Shown: one piece after another, positions 12,850-24,638 of the stretch | Position numbering within the stretch: position 1 is the first letter of the stretch | How the letters are laid out: every line of letters begins with the position of its first letter | Source: Kudoa neothunni | Lineage: Eukaryota; Animalia; Cnidaria | Direction: 5' to 3' | Assembly (NCBI GenBank): GCA_964304625.1 | Contig: OZ199839.1 | Span: forward strand, 2,885,223-2,949,222 | DNA length: 64,000 nt | Notes under the pieces: generated by a model | Seen by the model: the letters and a program-made list of their open reading frames with translations, nothing else | Databases searched by the model: none | Told to the model about the DNA's origin: nothing | Position numbers and translations under genes: made by a program

Positions 12850-14747
12850 CATATGCTGAAAGCGTTAGTTCTGCAGAATTAGCGGAATATTTATGTAATA
12901 ATAAATCATATGAAGAAGCTGATTCGGATATAAGTTGTAAGTAACATTCATTCTAAATAATATTTAATATTTCTTAAGTTTAGTCTGGAAATTATTTTAA
13001 GGGAAAAACGAGTAGACACAAAAATAACGGGAATCGACACTGATTAGTGACAACTCAACCCACAAAAAAAATTTTTTTATTTTTAAAGATAAATCGATTG
13101 TTTGGGCTTCCGAATCAAAATCAGGAAGAACACCAGCAAACAATATTATTGATAACAATAAAGTTGTTGGAACGCCTATTGATGATATTGATACCACGAC
13201 TCCAGAGACGACCTTTTATCATTTCATGAAAAAGGAGATGATGGAAGAAATTATTGGATACACAAACAAAAAAAGTTTCGAGAATCTTGGTGAAAAGTTG
13301 AAATCTGTTGATTTATTTGAATTCCAAGTTTTTTTGGGACTACTTTTACTCTCCTGGGCCTATAAATCGAATCATGAGGACACAAAAATTTTATGGCACG
13401 AAATTCACGGTAGACCTTTGTTTCGTCCAACAGTGCCTTGTTAGAGATTTAAAAAGATTTGGTTCTACCTTAGGTTCGATCAATATTGGTTGAGAAAAAA
13501 TGTCAAATCCGACAATGTTTTTTCACCGATAAGAAATATATTCGAATCTTTCGTCAAAATTAGTAAAGAAAGTTATACCCCAAGATCCAATATCACGGTT
13601 GACGAACAGCTGTATCGATTCTGAGGACGGTTGAAATTTTTGGTGTATATATCAAAAAAGCCATCTAAGTATGGAATTAAATTTTGGATGATATGTGACA
13701 GCGAAACACGTTATGTTTGCAACATCATTACATGCATAGATCAAAAAAATGAAAATCGGGAAAAATCTCTGAGTTTCAAAGTTGCCATTGACCTAATAAA
13801 CCACCCATTTGTCTCAGGTAGGAGCATCACCTGTGATAATTACTTCACTACATGGAAGCTCGCTGAGTACCTACAGCAACGTAAGACGTCAATTCTTGGG
13901 ACAGTTTGAAAGTGTTGAACATTTATTCCATCAGAATTCATGTCAGACAAATCAAGACCATTATATTCGTAGCTGTTTTTATTTTACTATCATATCTTAT
14001 GTTCCGAAGAAAAATAAGGCCGCAATTATTTTATCATCCGAACATCGATCTAAAGAAATAAGCTCAGAATTCCATTCCAAACCAAATGCAATTCTAGACT
14101 ATAATATCAAGAAATGTGGTATTGATATTGTCGATCAATGTGTGTCTACCTACAGTTGTAAACGAAAATCAAATTGTTGGCCTGTAGCGGATTTTTGTCA
14201 CGTTGTCGATTTGACAGCTTTTAACTCCTAAGTAGTGTATAGCCAACAAAAATTCTGTTCATAAAAAGTATGATGATATGCATCAGTTTTTATTAGAGTT
14301 AGCCGTCTCGGTGATTAAATCCCATCAAGCAAGAAGTAATGAAAATTTAAAGGTTGGTTGTCAACCTGCGATCAAGCGCCCATTGGAACTCGTTGGATTT
14401 AATTTTTAAAAGGGTCAGTCCTCTATATTCCTAGACGACTCCATTGAACAAAGAAAGCGAAGCATTTTCTGTCCTAAAACCACTCGCCGGAGGAGCAAAC
14501 AAATTTGCGTAAAGTGCACGTGCTCTATGTATGTAATGAGCATTCAAAAAAATATAGCGAATGTGGAAAATTTTAGTTTTATTTTTTAAACTGTCTTATT
14601 TTTATTTATCCCTCATATTTCCATGAATTTAGATAGAACATTTAAAATAATAACATTATTGATTTAAATAATCCCCTCTTGGAATGGGTGGGCTTGTCGA
14701 TCCCAAGTTATCGAATTAAGGAAATCACGTAGGATATCGATTAAGGG
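12850..14747 (+). mobile_element. piggyBac (PGBD4-like) transposon, decayed, left end missing
   Basis: Catalytic motifs ITVDEQL, KPSKYGIKFW, CDNYFT and YNIKKCGIDIVDQ, plus a C-terminal Cys-rich remnant. Right end ...ttaaggg|ttaa at 14747-14751. Confidence 0.9.
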
Positions 14748-15049
14748 TTAATATAACCATATGAAAATAGTCGAGACCCATTATATACTTCATCGTAATT
14801 AAAGAACCTTGAGTAGATCTAAAGTTATGCTATTGATTCCAAATTTTTTCGATACAATTTAACTGTAGTTTCTATTTTACGAATTATATTATTGCATTCA
14901 TTTACCCATTGAATAAGCTAATAGGTATGAATGCATTAGCTTGTCTATAATTACATAGAGTAGATTCATTACATCTAATCCGTAGATAAAGTATTTCAAG
15001 ACCTAAATGCAACGGTGTCGAATCAAGATAAACTGAGTCGCGCAATTAC

Positions 15050-16115
15050 AGATAACCATATCGGATCGTAACTCATCACAGCTTAACATCACAATAAGAA
15101 AATATGTTTCTTTAGACGACACAAAGAAATAAATTATCATTAGGTTATCTAAAGTATATGGCGTTCATGAATCAACCACTTCGTGGTTCTTAAAAAAAGT
15201 TCGAGGATGATCATGATGATGAGACCGATGAAGAATGCATTCCTAAGAAAAGAGGTGGGGACAGGAGGTCAAAATTAACAACCGCCCATAAATCATATAT
15301 CCAAGGTTTAATGAATAATGATTGCACAATTACATTAGATTCAATCGCCAAGAAGCTACGATAAGAACATAATATCGGTGTTTCTGGCAGACTATTGCTA
15401 ATTGTTTAAACCAGTTCCATTACACCTTCCAAAAAATTTCAATTGTACCGATTGCGAGAAATTCTCGGGATTGCATATCAAAATGCAAAAAGTGTTTTTA
15501 TTAATTAACAGCAAATGTTATATTTATTAGTTATATTTTAGAATATCTGCAATGTAAACCACTCCATTTTCCTGTAATTTACACTGATGAGTCTGGCTTC
15601 TCGCTCTCTATGAGACGAATATTTGGAAGCTCACTTTTAGGTTCAAGGGCGAACCTTAAAGTAAAAAGTATCCGATCCAGAAACATTACATTGGTAGCCG
15701 CTAATAGCTCTGAAAAAGTATGGACACTTAAGCTGGAAAGTGGCACAGTGATTCAGCAAATTTTCTATATTTTCATAGAAAAAACTTCTTGATGATTTAT
15801 CGAACGGTGGAATTCAAAGCGTGTTGTTAATTATGGACAATGTAAGGTTTCACAAAATCGATCTTATTCGTCAAAAAGTTTATTCAAGTGGCCATAAACT
15901 TTTATTTCTGCCTCCATATTCACCAATCCTCAAACTTATAAAGGAATTCTTTCACCATGTAAAATCGATGATCCGAAGAAAATACGCCAACACATACAGA
16001 TGAATTAATGGAAGCTATCTTGAATAGTCCTGATGAAATAACACCAGCCCAACTTTAAAATTATTCTAATCACGCAGAGTCGTATTTACCAATATGTTTA
16101 AATATGGAGAACTAA
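15050..16115 (+). mobile_element. Tc1/mariner (IS630-like, DDE_3) transposase pseudogene with a putative 39-nt intron
   Basis: KRGGDRRSKL, HTH ITLDSIAKKL, IYTDESGF, LIMDNVRFHK, FLPPYSPILKLIKEFF. GT-AG segment at 15492-15530. Confidence 0.85.
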
Positions 16116-16393
16116 TACCTATATGCTTTTGATTTATTAATCCATTTTGATCCGATATCGTTGCATTTAGGTCTTGAAATACGGTACATTGAATAGTCTG
16201 GAAAATTTTTCACTGCAACTTTCCATGATCGCCACAAAATGAATTTTCTGTGTGTGATTATTAAAAAATATACTTTGAATTGAGAGATAATACCCACCAT
16301 ATTCATTGTTTCAGACATCGTCGCCTATTGACGATTTATTTTTTTCTGTTCAATAATTCCGATAAAAGATTAATAACGAATAATTCATAAAAT

Positions 16394-19004
16394 ATGAGAC
16401 TAACAAGTCTTATTTTATTTTCGACGATTGTCACGACAAGTAAAACTAGGAATATATATCATTAAAAAATTCCTATTTAGTACGCTCTCACAAATATTAC
16501 ATCGAACAAATTGAACGACCAGCAGAACCCGAACCAACCGAAACTCAAGTAGCGAATCCTAATGGTGAACAAACAGCTGCACAGTCAAATATCCTACCGA
16601 TATTGATGAAATCTAATGGTGATGTTAGTTCCGGTCCTGAGGATACTGGTGACGGTTTAGAAATTAAGACTGATAGTTCTAATAGTGACCCCGATTCTGA
16701 TATTGAAGATACTGAACTTGAAAGTCGGTGATGAAGGTTCCGAACAGGGTGCTGATAACAGTGATATTTCAGCTTCTACCACCGCCACAACTGATACTAC
16801 TGAGGCTCCTCCTGAAACTACAATAAACCCAAACGATATTCCTATAGTTGACGAAATAATCTCAAAATACATGGATAGAATCACAATTCATTTAAAGGGG
16901 GACGGAAACGAGAAATGCAAAATAGAACATTTGTTCAGGGATGGTGATAGATCCAAATTTAATGAAACTTTGTGTATAATAGATAAAACAACCACTGTGC
17001 CTGTATGTGAATCCCAATGTAATCAGACGGTTTCGATTAATGTAAATAGTGGACGATTGATGCATTATTTCAGAATTACTGAAGGATATAAAATTGATAT
17101 ATTAGCAATTCCTGCAGGTTAATCATAGTGCTTAAATTTTTAAGATTATTATTTAATAGATATGCCCAGACTTCCTGAAACTAACGTAACCCTAAGTGAA
17201 GAAGAAGCGCGATTTGGTGTTAACAATTTCTGCACAGATAACTTCAGATGCCGAGTTAAAAGCACAAAATACGACAGAACTTTGGTTAAAGTAGGAAATA
17301 ACAACTGTGATTTACATAACATCACTATACCAATTCGCTACTCTATGTCCAGTGCCTATTATTCATACTGTGGTGCTAATCAAGCTAAAGTCATGTTTTA
17401 CGCTAACAAGTCTTTCTACAGTAAAGATAACAAATACCAATATGTTCCTTTTACTTCCTCACAATCCACCTCTCCATACACAGATTTCTCATTACAAATG
17501 CACAATCCATATTTGAACAATGAAATTTGCAACTTCCAAATAAAGGGTGGAACCGTTAGTAGTTATATTGATAAATGTAGTCAAAGTGGAAGTACAACCA
17601 ACGATAAATGCTATAAATACTGTGGAGGAGCTACCACTCTAGAATTGACGGGACAAACTGCAGCTGCCGAAAGTTATACAGTGAAAATCGCCACTAGACA
17701 TGGAAACCAAGAATACAAAATTCAGAGTATATTCCATATGAATTTGTAAATATTATTATTTTCTAGAAGCCAAAAATAACGTGGAGATATCTGATATCGC
17801 AGCAACTTCCGCTAGTTATCAAGTTACCAATATTGAGAATAAAAAATGTTTCCCATCATTGGTACATGCGAAAATTCCTGGTATTCCAATGAACGATATT
17901 GTGGAGAAGGAAGAAATGTAACTTGTTCTGAGGAATGTTCCCCAAAGACACCACTCTATCTTTTGAGTCCCAACACAGCATATATACTTGAGATGAAAAT
18001 TGGCACATCGAAAAGTGATCAAGACAAATACGTTGTGAATAAATTTTTCGCCACAGGTATACATATAATGTATAATAAATACTTAATATGATTAGCACCA
18101 ATAAAATTCAGCGAAACGAAAGTATTGTTTTTCGGTGATACAATGATTATGACCCCAGGAGCAGAGAGTCAATATGAGTCGTATCTCCAAAAAATGAAAT
18201 GTTACGTGAGATACATGAAACCAAAAAAACCAAGAAGAACAGTAGCTACCTGTTCTGATGGAAAACCATGCTGGGGTCTGTGCTCTCAAAGATTTGAAAT
18301 AGTGAATTTGCCGGTTAATGTAACCTTAAGTATCGAGTTGGTTCAATGCTGGCCACATCGATTATCCAGTTTATCAAGTGTCGCAACTAATAAGTGAATA
18401 AATATTGGTGTGACAACATTAAACTCTGACGTTTCAATTATAGGACCAAATTATACTAAAGCAAAACCAGAAATAACTTTTGATATTCATGAAAAGAAGT
18501 TAACTATCATACCAGACAAAACTCAGCCAGGAAATTTATGTAATGTGGTTATCTACGCAGTCAATCCTGCAGATCCTCAAGATAAATTCTTGTTCGAGAA
18601 GATAGGGAAAACCAACTGATGAAGATATTGACTGTGCAAATTCCGTTGTTTTTGACAATATAGATATAAAATATAGCTATCAGTTGTTATCTGGTGATGG
18701 AGAATCTGCAGCAATTATTGAAGAGATTGAAGTTGGAAGTAAATTATCACGTTATTTATTTATTGTTATATAATTTTGTGTAGAACAAGGATCTGGGTAA
18801 AAATAATTATTATATAAATTATGAATTTTAACAATTTATTTTTTATATAGTGGTTGGATGAAGAAGAACTGGTGGATGTAATTTTCATATGAAAATATAG
18901 TTACAAATTTCATAATTCATTTATATAGTATCTTCGCAGCGTTAGGTGCTTTGGGTGTGGTTATTGGTGCAGTGGCCTATGTGGCGAATAAATCCAGCGA
19001 CTGA
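16394..19004 (+). CDS. Cys-rich FN3-like repeat type-I membrane protein A (~748 aa after correcting four 1-nt indels)
   Basis: Exons 16394-16439 (signal peptide MRLTSLILFSTIVTT), 16481-17117, 17160-17726, 17767-18056, 18096-18393, 18444-18738, 18784-18796, 18851-18877 and 18929-19004 (TM IIFAALGALGVVIGAVAYVA, tail NKSSD). Acidic, Thr-rich N-terminal region, then six ~95-aa repeats, most with C..C..CxxxC and an LSPNTAYILEM-type strand. The end of exon 5 is the least certain junction. Confidence 0.8.
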
Positions 19005-19614
19005 AGCTCCTTCTTCTTTCTATTAAGGAAAACATAATTTCACATCTTATGAAACGATAGATATTATTAGCCTTTTTAAATAATTATTCATCTGTTTGAT
19101 AAATGGTGTCTATCAATTTTTAGAGAATTAAAATTAAATTAATTTCTTGTTTATGTTAATGATTGACTGTTATATACAAGTTTTTTAAAAATATTAGATT
19201 AGGGCTATAACTTAAACTTTTTGTTATGCTTTTCAGATCAATATATTTTAAAAATTAGTTAAAAAATGTGATAAAAAATAATATACTTGTACCACTTAAA
19301 GAAAAAATTCGAATTTTAGCGAATTTAACCCATTCCGGATTTTCTTTTCCTCATTGTTGTCTGTTGTCTCTCTGAGAAGTTTAATAATTCGTCAATGAAT
19401 ATTATATAATATATCAAGTATTAATTCATTTAAATTTAATTACAAATTAAATTTTAACTATAAATTTACATATTTTGAGATTATGTACTATATAATAATT
19501 ATGGTATACTGAGGTAGTAATAGAATAGTAATTTCGTAGAAATAACAATTTTAAAATCCTCAAGCTAAATTATAATTTTAGAAAGTTAGCTAAATAATAT
19601 TTTTTCAACATAGG

Positions 19615-21360
19615 TCAAACCGTTACAGGGGTCGAGAAATATAACAATATAGTACAGTGTCGAAAAGGGGACGAAAACCCATCGACATGCTAAATTCCAA
19701 TTAATCGGTTACTTAACCTAGTGTTTACACCTTCACAACGGCATACAATAACATAATTTATTCTGATAGTGATGGTGAAAAAATGTTGATATTTTGACTG
19801 ATGAAGAAGATCCCATTGTTTCAAGAGTTTATGACAACATTGGTATCGGAACCAGGGATGGCATATTCGTTCGTTCAAAAATTTTAAAAATTTGATTCCG
19901 TTCGTGTGCCCACCATTATAATGAATATAATTGAAGTGAAAAACAAAATTTTTAATGAATACAGTTGAATGGAATCGTATTCAAGAAAATTCTTGAAATC
20001 AATTCCCGTCGAACAGAACATATTACTGCATCTGTCGATATTTGCTGCGATAATTCCAAAATAAACAGTTACACGAACTTTTCTTTTATATATGTTCAAG
20101 GCTTTCAACAAAAATATCATCAATATAAAATGGTTGAGTTTCCGGTAAAACATGCTGCGCTAAGTATTTTTGAATGCATCGAAAATATTCTATCGGAAAT
20201 CCATCAAAAATCAAGAAACATCCGAGTTATTAGCGACTCGGCTTCTAATATGATTGTAGGCATTTTAGGCGCGCCGCCCATAGGATGAATACAGTTATAT
20301 CTGAAGGTAATATTATAATTTGTTGTATTATCTCACATAATTTAATTCTTTGTCATTAATTATCTTAAAGTTTTAGCTTAGAGTAATGCAACATCTGATT
20401 CATTAGAAGACTTGGGCAATCCTAAAATTAATTTAGACAATCTGGTCAATTGTCTGCATAAATCTCAAAAACATTCAAGGTAGGTTAAATCAAAAATTCA
20501 CTGGGGTTATTCGACAAAATCTTGACGCGGTCTCATGGATCGCTATTCGTCAGTATTATCTAACTACGACGATCTAAGGGATTTGGTCTTAGATAAATCA
20601 AAAATATTACGACCGAATTGTTATATCCGATCTCGAGAAAAGTTTCAAAATTCTGAAGTCAATTTACCGATTATTTTAATGACTGGAATCGGCCAAAACA
20701 CCAAGTGTACGTCATGTATTCAACATATTATTTTGTAAAAAGTTACTCCAAAACAGGTCTAATTCTATATTATGGTGTAGGTTTTTAGAATATATCACAG
20801 ACTACCTAAAATGGTTGATGACAATTCAAATAACGATATTGACTTTTTATATTATCTAAAAAATGAAAATTCGTTACTGGCGCTCACGAACTTTTCGGAT
20901 GTGATCTATGATGATAACAAAACTGCCACCATACTATCACCAAACTTCAAAAAAAATGAACTTTGTGGCTGAAACTGAAAGAGATTCTGCGGTGTTAGCG
21001 ATTAAGGAATTGATTAGGGAGAGATTATCTAGTCCAAGATTTTGAGCCAAACGAACCAGCGAAGGAATATCATACAAAACCTAATACTGATATTTTGGGG
21101 GGATTATGAAGTTGATATTGATTCCGACGAAGAGAATGTTGGAGAGTCGTAGTAATATATGAAAGAAAAGGTGCTGGTCATTTATAAAAACCCCTTGGAC
21201 TATTGGGAAATTTCCAAATATAAACGTCTCCAAAAGTTGGCAGTAGAGGTCATTTCGAGACCTGCTAGCAGTTCTTGCTCCGAGAGGGTTTTTTCATACA
21301 GTAAAAAAATCTTAAAAAAATGACCGTTACCCCCAGAACGCATCAACGTTATCAAAATTA
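19615..21360 (+). mobile_element. hAT (Ac/ZBED-like) transposase pseudogene
   Basis: ITASVDICCDN, IRVISDSASNM, and the dimerisation domain NPLDYWEISKYKRLQKLAVEVISRPASSSCSERVFS. Many stops. TIRs not found. Confidence 0.85.
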
Positions 21361-22127
21361 ACTGCTTATATTAATAACCAGATAAAAAACCAATTTTTAA
21401 TTAAACATAATATATATTTATATATACGTATGTTTTCGAGTTCTCGGATATTTACTTATTTTAGAAATTTCCACAAATATTTCCACTTTTTGTCATTTTA
21501 ATTGCATGTAGCGTGCAATATTAACTTAAATTTTTGGTATAAGATAAGCTGATTAAATTCTGAATTAAACCAGATGGGTATTACTCTTTTATTATAATAC
21601 ATTGAGCAATATAGTTGAAATAACCAAAATATGACGTTCTAAAATATTTATGAAATTGAGGGCGATTAAGAATTTTTAAATAGAATTATTCTGACTAAAA
21701 TATGCGGAGATGTCAATAATAGAATAATAAGTATACAAAATAAAGGAAGTAACTCCTAAATATTTTCTCTTACATATGTCTTACGGATAAAAAATGTAAT
21801 ATGCATCCAAAAAGGTTTGAACTGTCATTATCTAGCACAATCTGAATTATTTCGAGTAAATTGACTATTCCCTCTAAGTGATCCACCATAAACCTACTAT
21901 TGTTATAATTTATTCGGTAATCGTGAGTGTTTTAAACTCTTTTATCATTGACCTTAAAATAAATATTAGCCATTTTGTACATTTTTAATAGGTTAAAATT
22001 TATTTTTTTAATGTTAAAAAGATTTCAAATCCTTTAAAAAAATTAAGAAATGTAAAGTTCCAATATATATTAAGGTTTTACCGATACCATGTTCTACGCA
22101 TGGATAATGGTAAAGTATGCGGCACCT

Positions 22128-23284
22128 AAAAAACATACTCGTTCGCATGTTTTTTTCTCATTCCTTTATCACGATTATCGATAACAAAATAAAATAATAT
22201 GGAGAGTAAAAATTCAGCTCAGAATAATAACTTCTAAATTATGAGAATTTTTCATCCGAACGCGAGTCGGATACACGTGTAATCTCCATATTTTTTTCAA
22301 CTAATATTGAATTTTTTCTCAGTTATTATCTCAAATGTTATTTATTATTACTAATTAGATTTTTTGCTATTGGTATACAACCATTGTATATAAACTAACT
22401 TAAAGATTAAACTTTTTGCAAATTTCACAAACATCTCATTTATAATCATAAAAAAAATACTTTATGAACTTTTAAATATAGATATTAATGTAGTAAAATT
22501 TATTTTAGTTTATAATTTTTTGTTATAAAATTTTTGTTAGAAATTAATAAACTATTTAGTTTTTATTATTAAAATTCAGAAACCTAATCTTAAAAAATGA
22601 TTATATTAATTTTATTATCTTGAAATATGCGCGAAACGATGAAAAAAATTTTTAAACTATATTTTTATTGTTTTATAAGTTTTATTATATATTAAATTTT
22701 CCTAACAACAAATTCGACCAAATTTATTAATTGCGAATGTTTTAAGATGTAAACATGATAAGTTAATTTAGGTTATTATTTTCATCGGTACACATATAAT
22801 TCATTCAAACTTATAATTTTATAGAAATAATTCTCTCGTTTATTCGAACGATATACTAAACACGCATATAAGAATTCCTCCAAAAAAGTGTATTCTTACT
22901 ATAATCTATCTTGAGTTATTTCCCTATTGAAATTAGATGTTGATTAATTATTAAAAAACACATCAGCTTCAAGAAAATTAAGAAAATATGTTTAGAAAGC
23001 ACGTGGTCGTTTTCTCCCTTTTAAACTATTCATGCTTAAAACCCATAAAAACCTGTATAATTAAATTTAATATTGTAAATTTTGTGTTTATACGGTAACA
23101 AATATGAAATAGAATAAATTTATGAATGATTATCAGAACAAATTAGAAATCAATTCAACGTTTGTTGAAAAAAGATAGAGATTAAACGTGTATCCGACCG
23201 CGTCGGAATGAAAAATTCTTGTATTTATCATCGATAATCTTGAAAAAAGAAATGAGAAAAAACATGCGAACGAGTATGTTTTTT
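22128..23284. mobile_element. Non-autonomous element with ~100-160 bp inverted termini
   Basis: aaaaaacatactcgttcgcatgttttt...gtcggatacacgt (22128-22287) is mirrored by acgtgtatccgac...aaacatgcgaacgagtatgtttttt (23178-23284). Confidence 0.8.
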
Positions 23285-23779
23285 GTACTATTCAATGGTG
23301 AAATGTGTAAAGATTTATAAAAATGTAAGAATAATTCTAAAGAGTCAATTTAAAGATATCTTGATATATTTTAATGTAATTTGACACATTATTCATTATT
23401 AAACATTAGTTTTAAAAAACAAAATTTTATTGATATCGAAGCGTGGTTTTTGGTAACATTCTAGAAATGAATTTTTGAATTTTTTTTTTATCGCTCAATA
23501 TTTAAAAAATAAGTTAAATCATTGGATATAAGCATCGGGACATTGTGAATGTGCTAACATACCGAAATTTATAATATTTTCAGTAATATTTAACCGTTAG
23601 AAATTCCAGAAATAAAAATTTAATAAAGTTACATAAATATACACTAGTTTTCACATAATTCAAATACAACTAAATCATTAAAGGTGAAAATTAATTAATC
23701 GCAGACATATGCGCAAAAAGTTCTTAGCAGTTATATTTGACATTTTTATAATACTTTGTGTAACATGATGATTATATAA

Positions 23780-23882
23780 GGGTTGTAATCTACCAACCAT
23801 AGATGCGCGATCGAGAGCAGCGCTGTATGGCACCGCCGCCTTTTAATGCAATGAACCCCAGGTTCGAATACCTGTTCGGACC
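23780..23882 (+). repeat. Degenerate tRNA-like repeat (copy 2)
   Basis: atgcgcgatc...gtatggcaccgccgccttttaa...caggttcgaatacctg has a good T-arm/B-box but no proper D-arm or acceptor stem. Confidence 0.55.
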
Positions 23883-24227
23883 TTGTGTTACACTTTGTGT
23901 GGCCAATGCTGCTTTAATTAGGTGCAAACATTTGAATTTACATTCAAAATGCAAAATTCAAAAAACGTGAGGTTTAAAGATGTATAAATTTTATTTTGAA
24001 AATGCAACTTTACATATGTTTAGGATGTTAATTTAAAATGCATTATTTTATTTTAGGTCTTCTAAGGGAACAAAATTAAACCAATCCACTGGTAACCGCC
24101 TGCCTACTATACACTTCGAACAGAGACTAAAAATGTATTTGTGCAAAAAATATCAAAATATATTAAGAGAATTCCGATACTGAAACCAAAAGAAACAATA
24201 TTTGGACTGCGTATCAAGATACTGGAA

Positions 24228-24638
24228 TTAACGATTCATAGCTGATTGTGCAGGCGTTTCACCTAGTTGCTATATAAGCCTCAAAAGAACGATAAACAGT
24301 TACATAAACTTACAGTGTGTTCTTGGCGAAGAGCACAAGAAGAACAACAACAATGTATGCAGAAATAATCGCCAGTAAGCGAACCCTAAAATCAAGCTAC
24401 AATATTCAGTTCATAATAGAATTCGAAAACCTCGATGCCGTAGAGGCTCTCTTGTCCTCTGACGTCCAACGCAGCCAAAAACTGACGGACAAAACAAGTA
24501 GATAAACCCCCAAATGAAACAATTTTCACCGTGTTTTTCCAAATTTTGACCATAAATAACACAGGGCACAAAGTAACCCAAACAACAAGTTGGACAATCG
24601 TTAGTGCAATCAAATAGGTCAGTATTCCATTCAACCAT
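24228..24638 (-). CDS. PLAC8/cornifelin-family protein, copy P2 (one +1 indel in exon 1)
   Basis: Exons 24638-24431 (208 nt instead of 207), 24385-24314 (GSLTGDYFCIHCCCSSCALRQEHT) and 24269-24228 (QLGETPAQSAMNR*). Confidence 0.88.

Noticed and set aside
18394-18443. Stop-codon readthrough or selenocysteine at the TGA ending ORF 18125-18397 in gene A
   Set aside because: The TGA lies inside a GT-AG intron (18394-18443) that matches an intron position in gene B.
23815-23885. Functional tRNA-Lys(UUU) gene (also 5535-5602)
   Set aside because: The T-arm and anticodon-like loop are present, but the D-arm and acceptor stem do not pair, so it is treated as a decayed tRNA-derived repeat.
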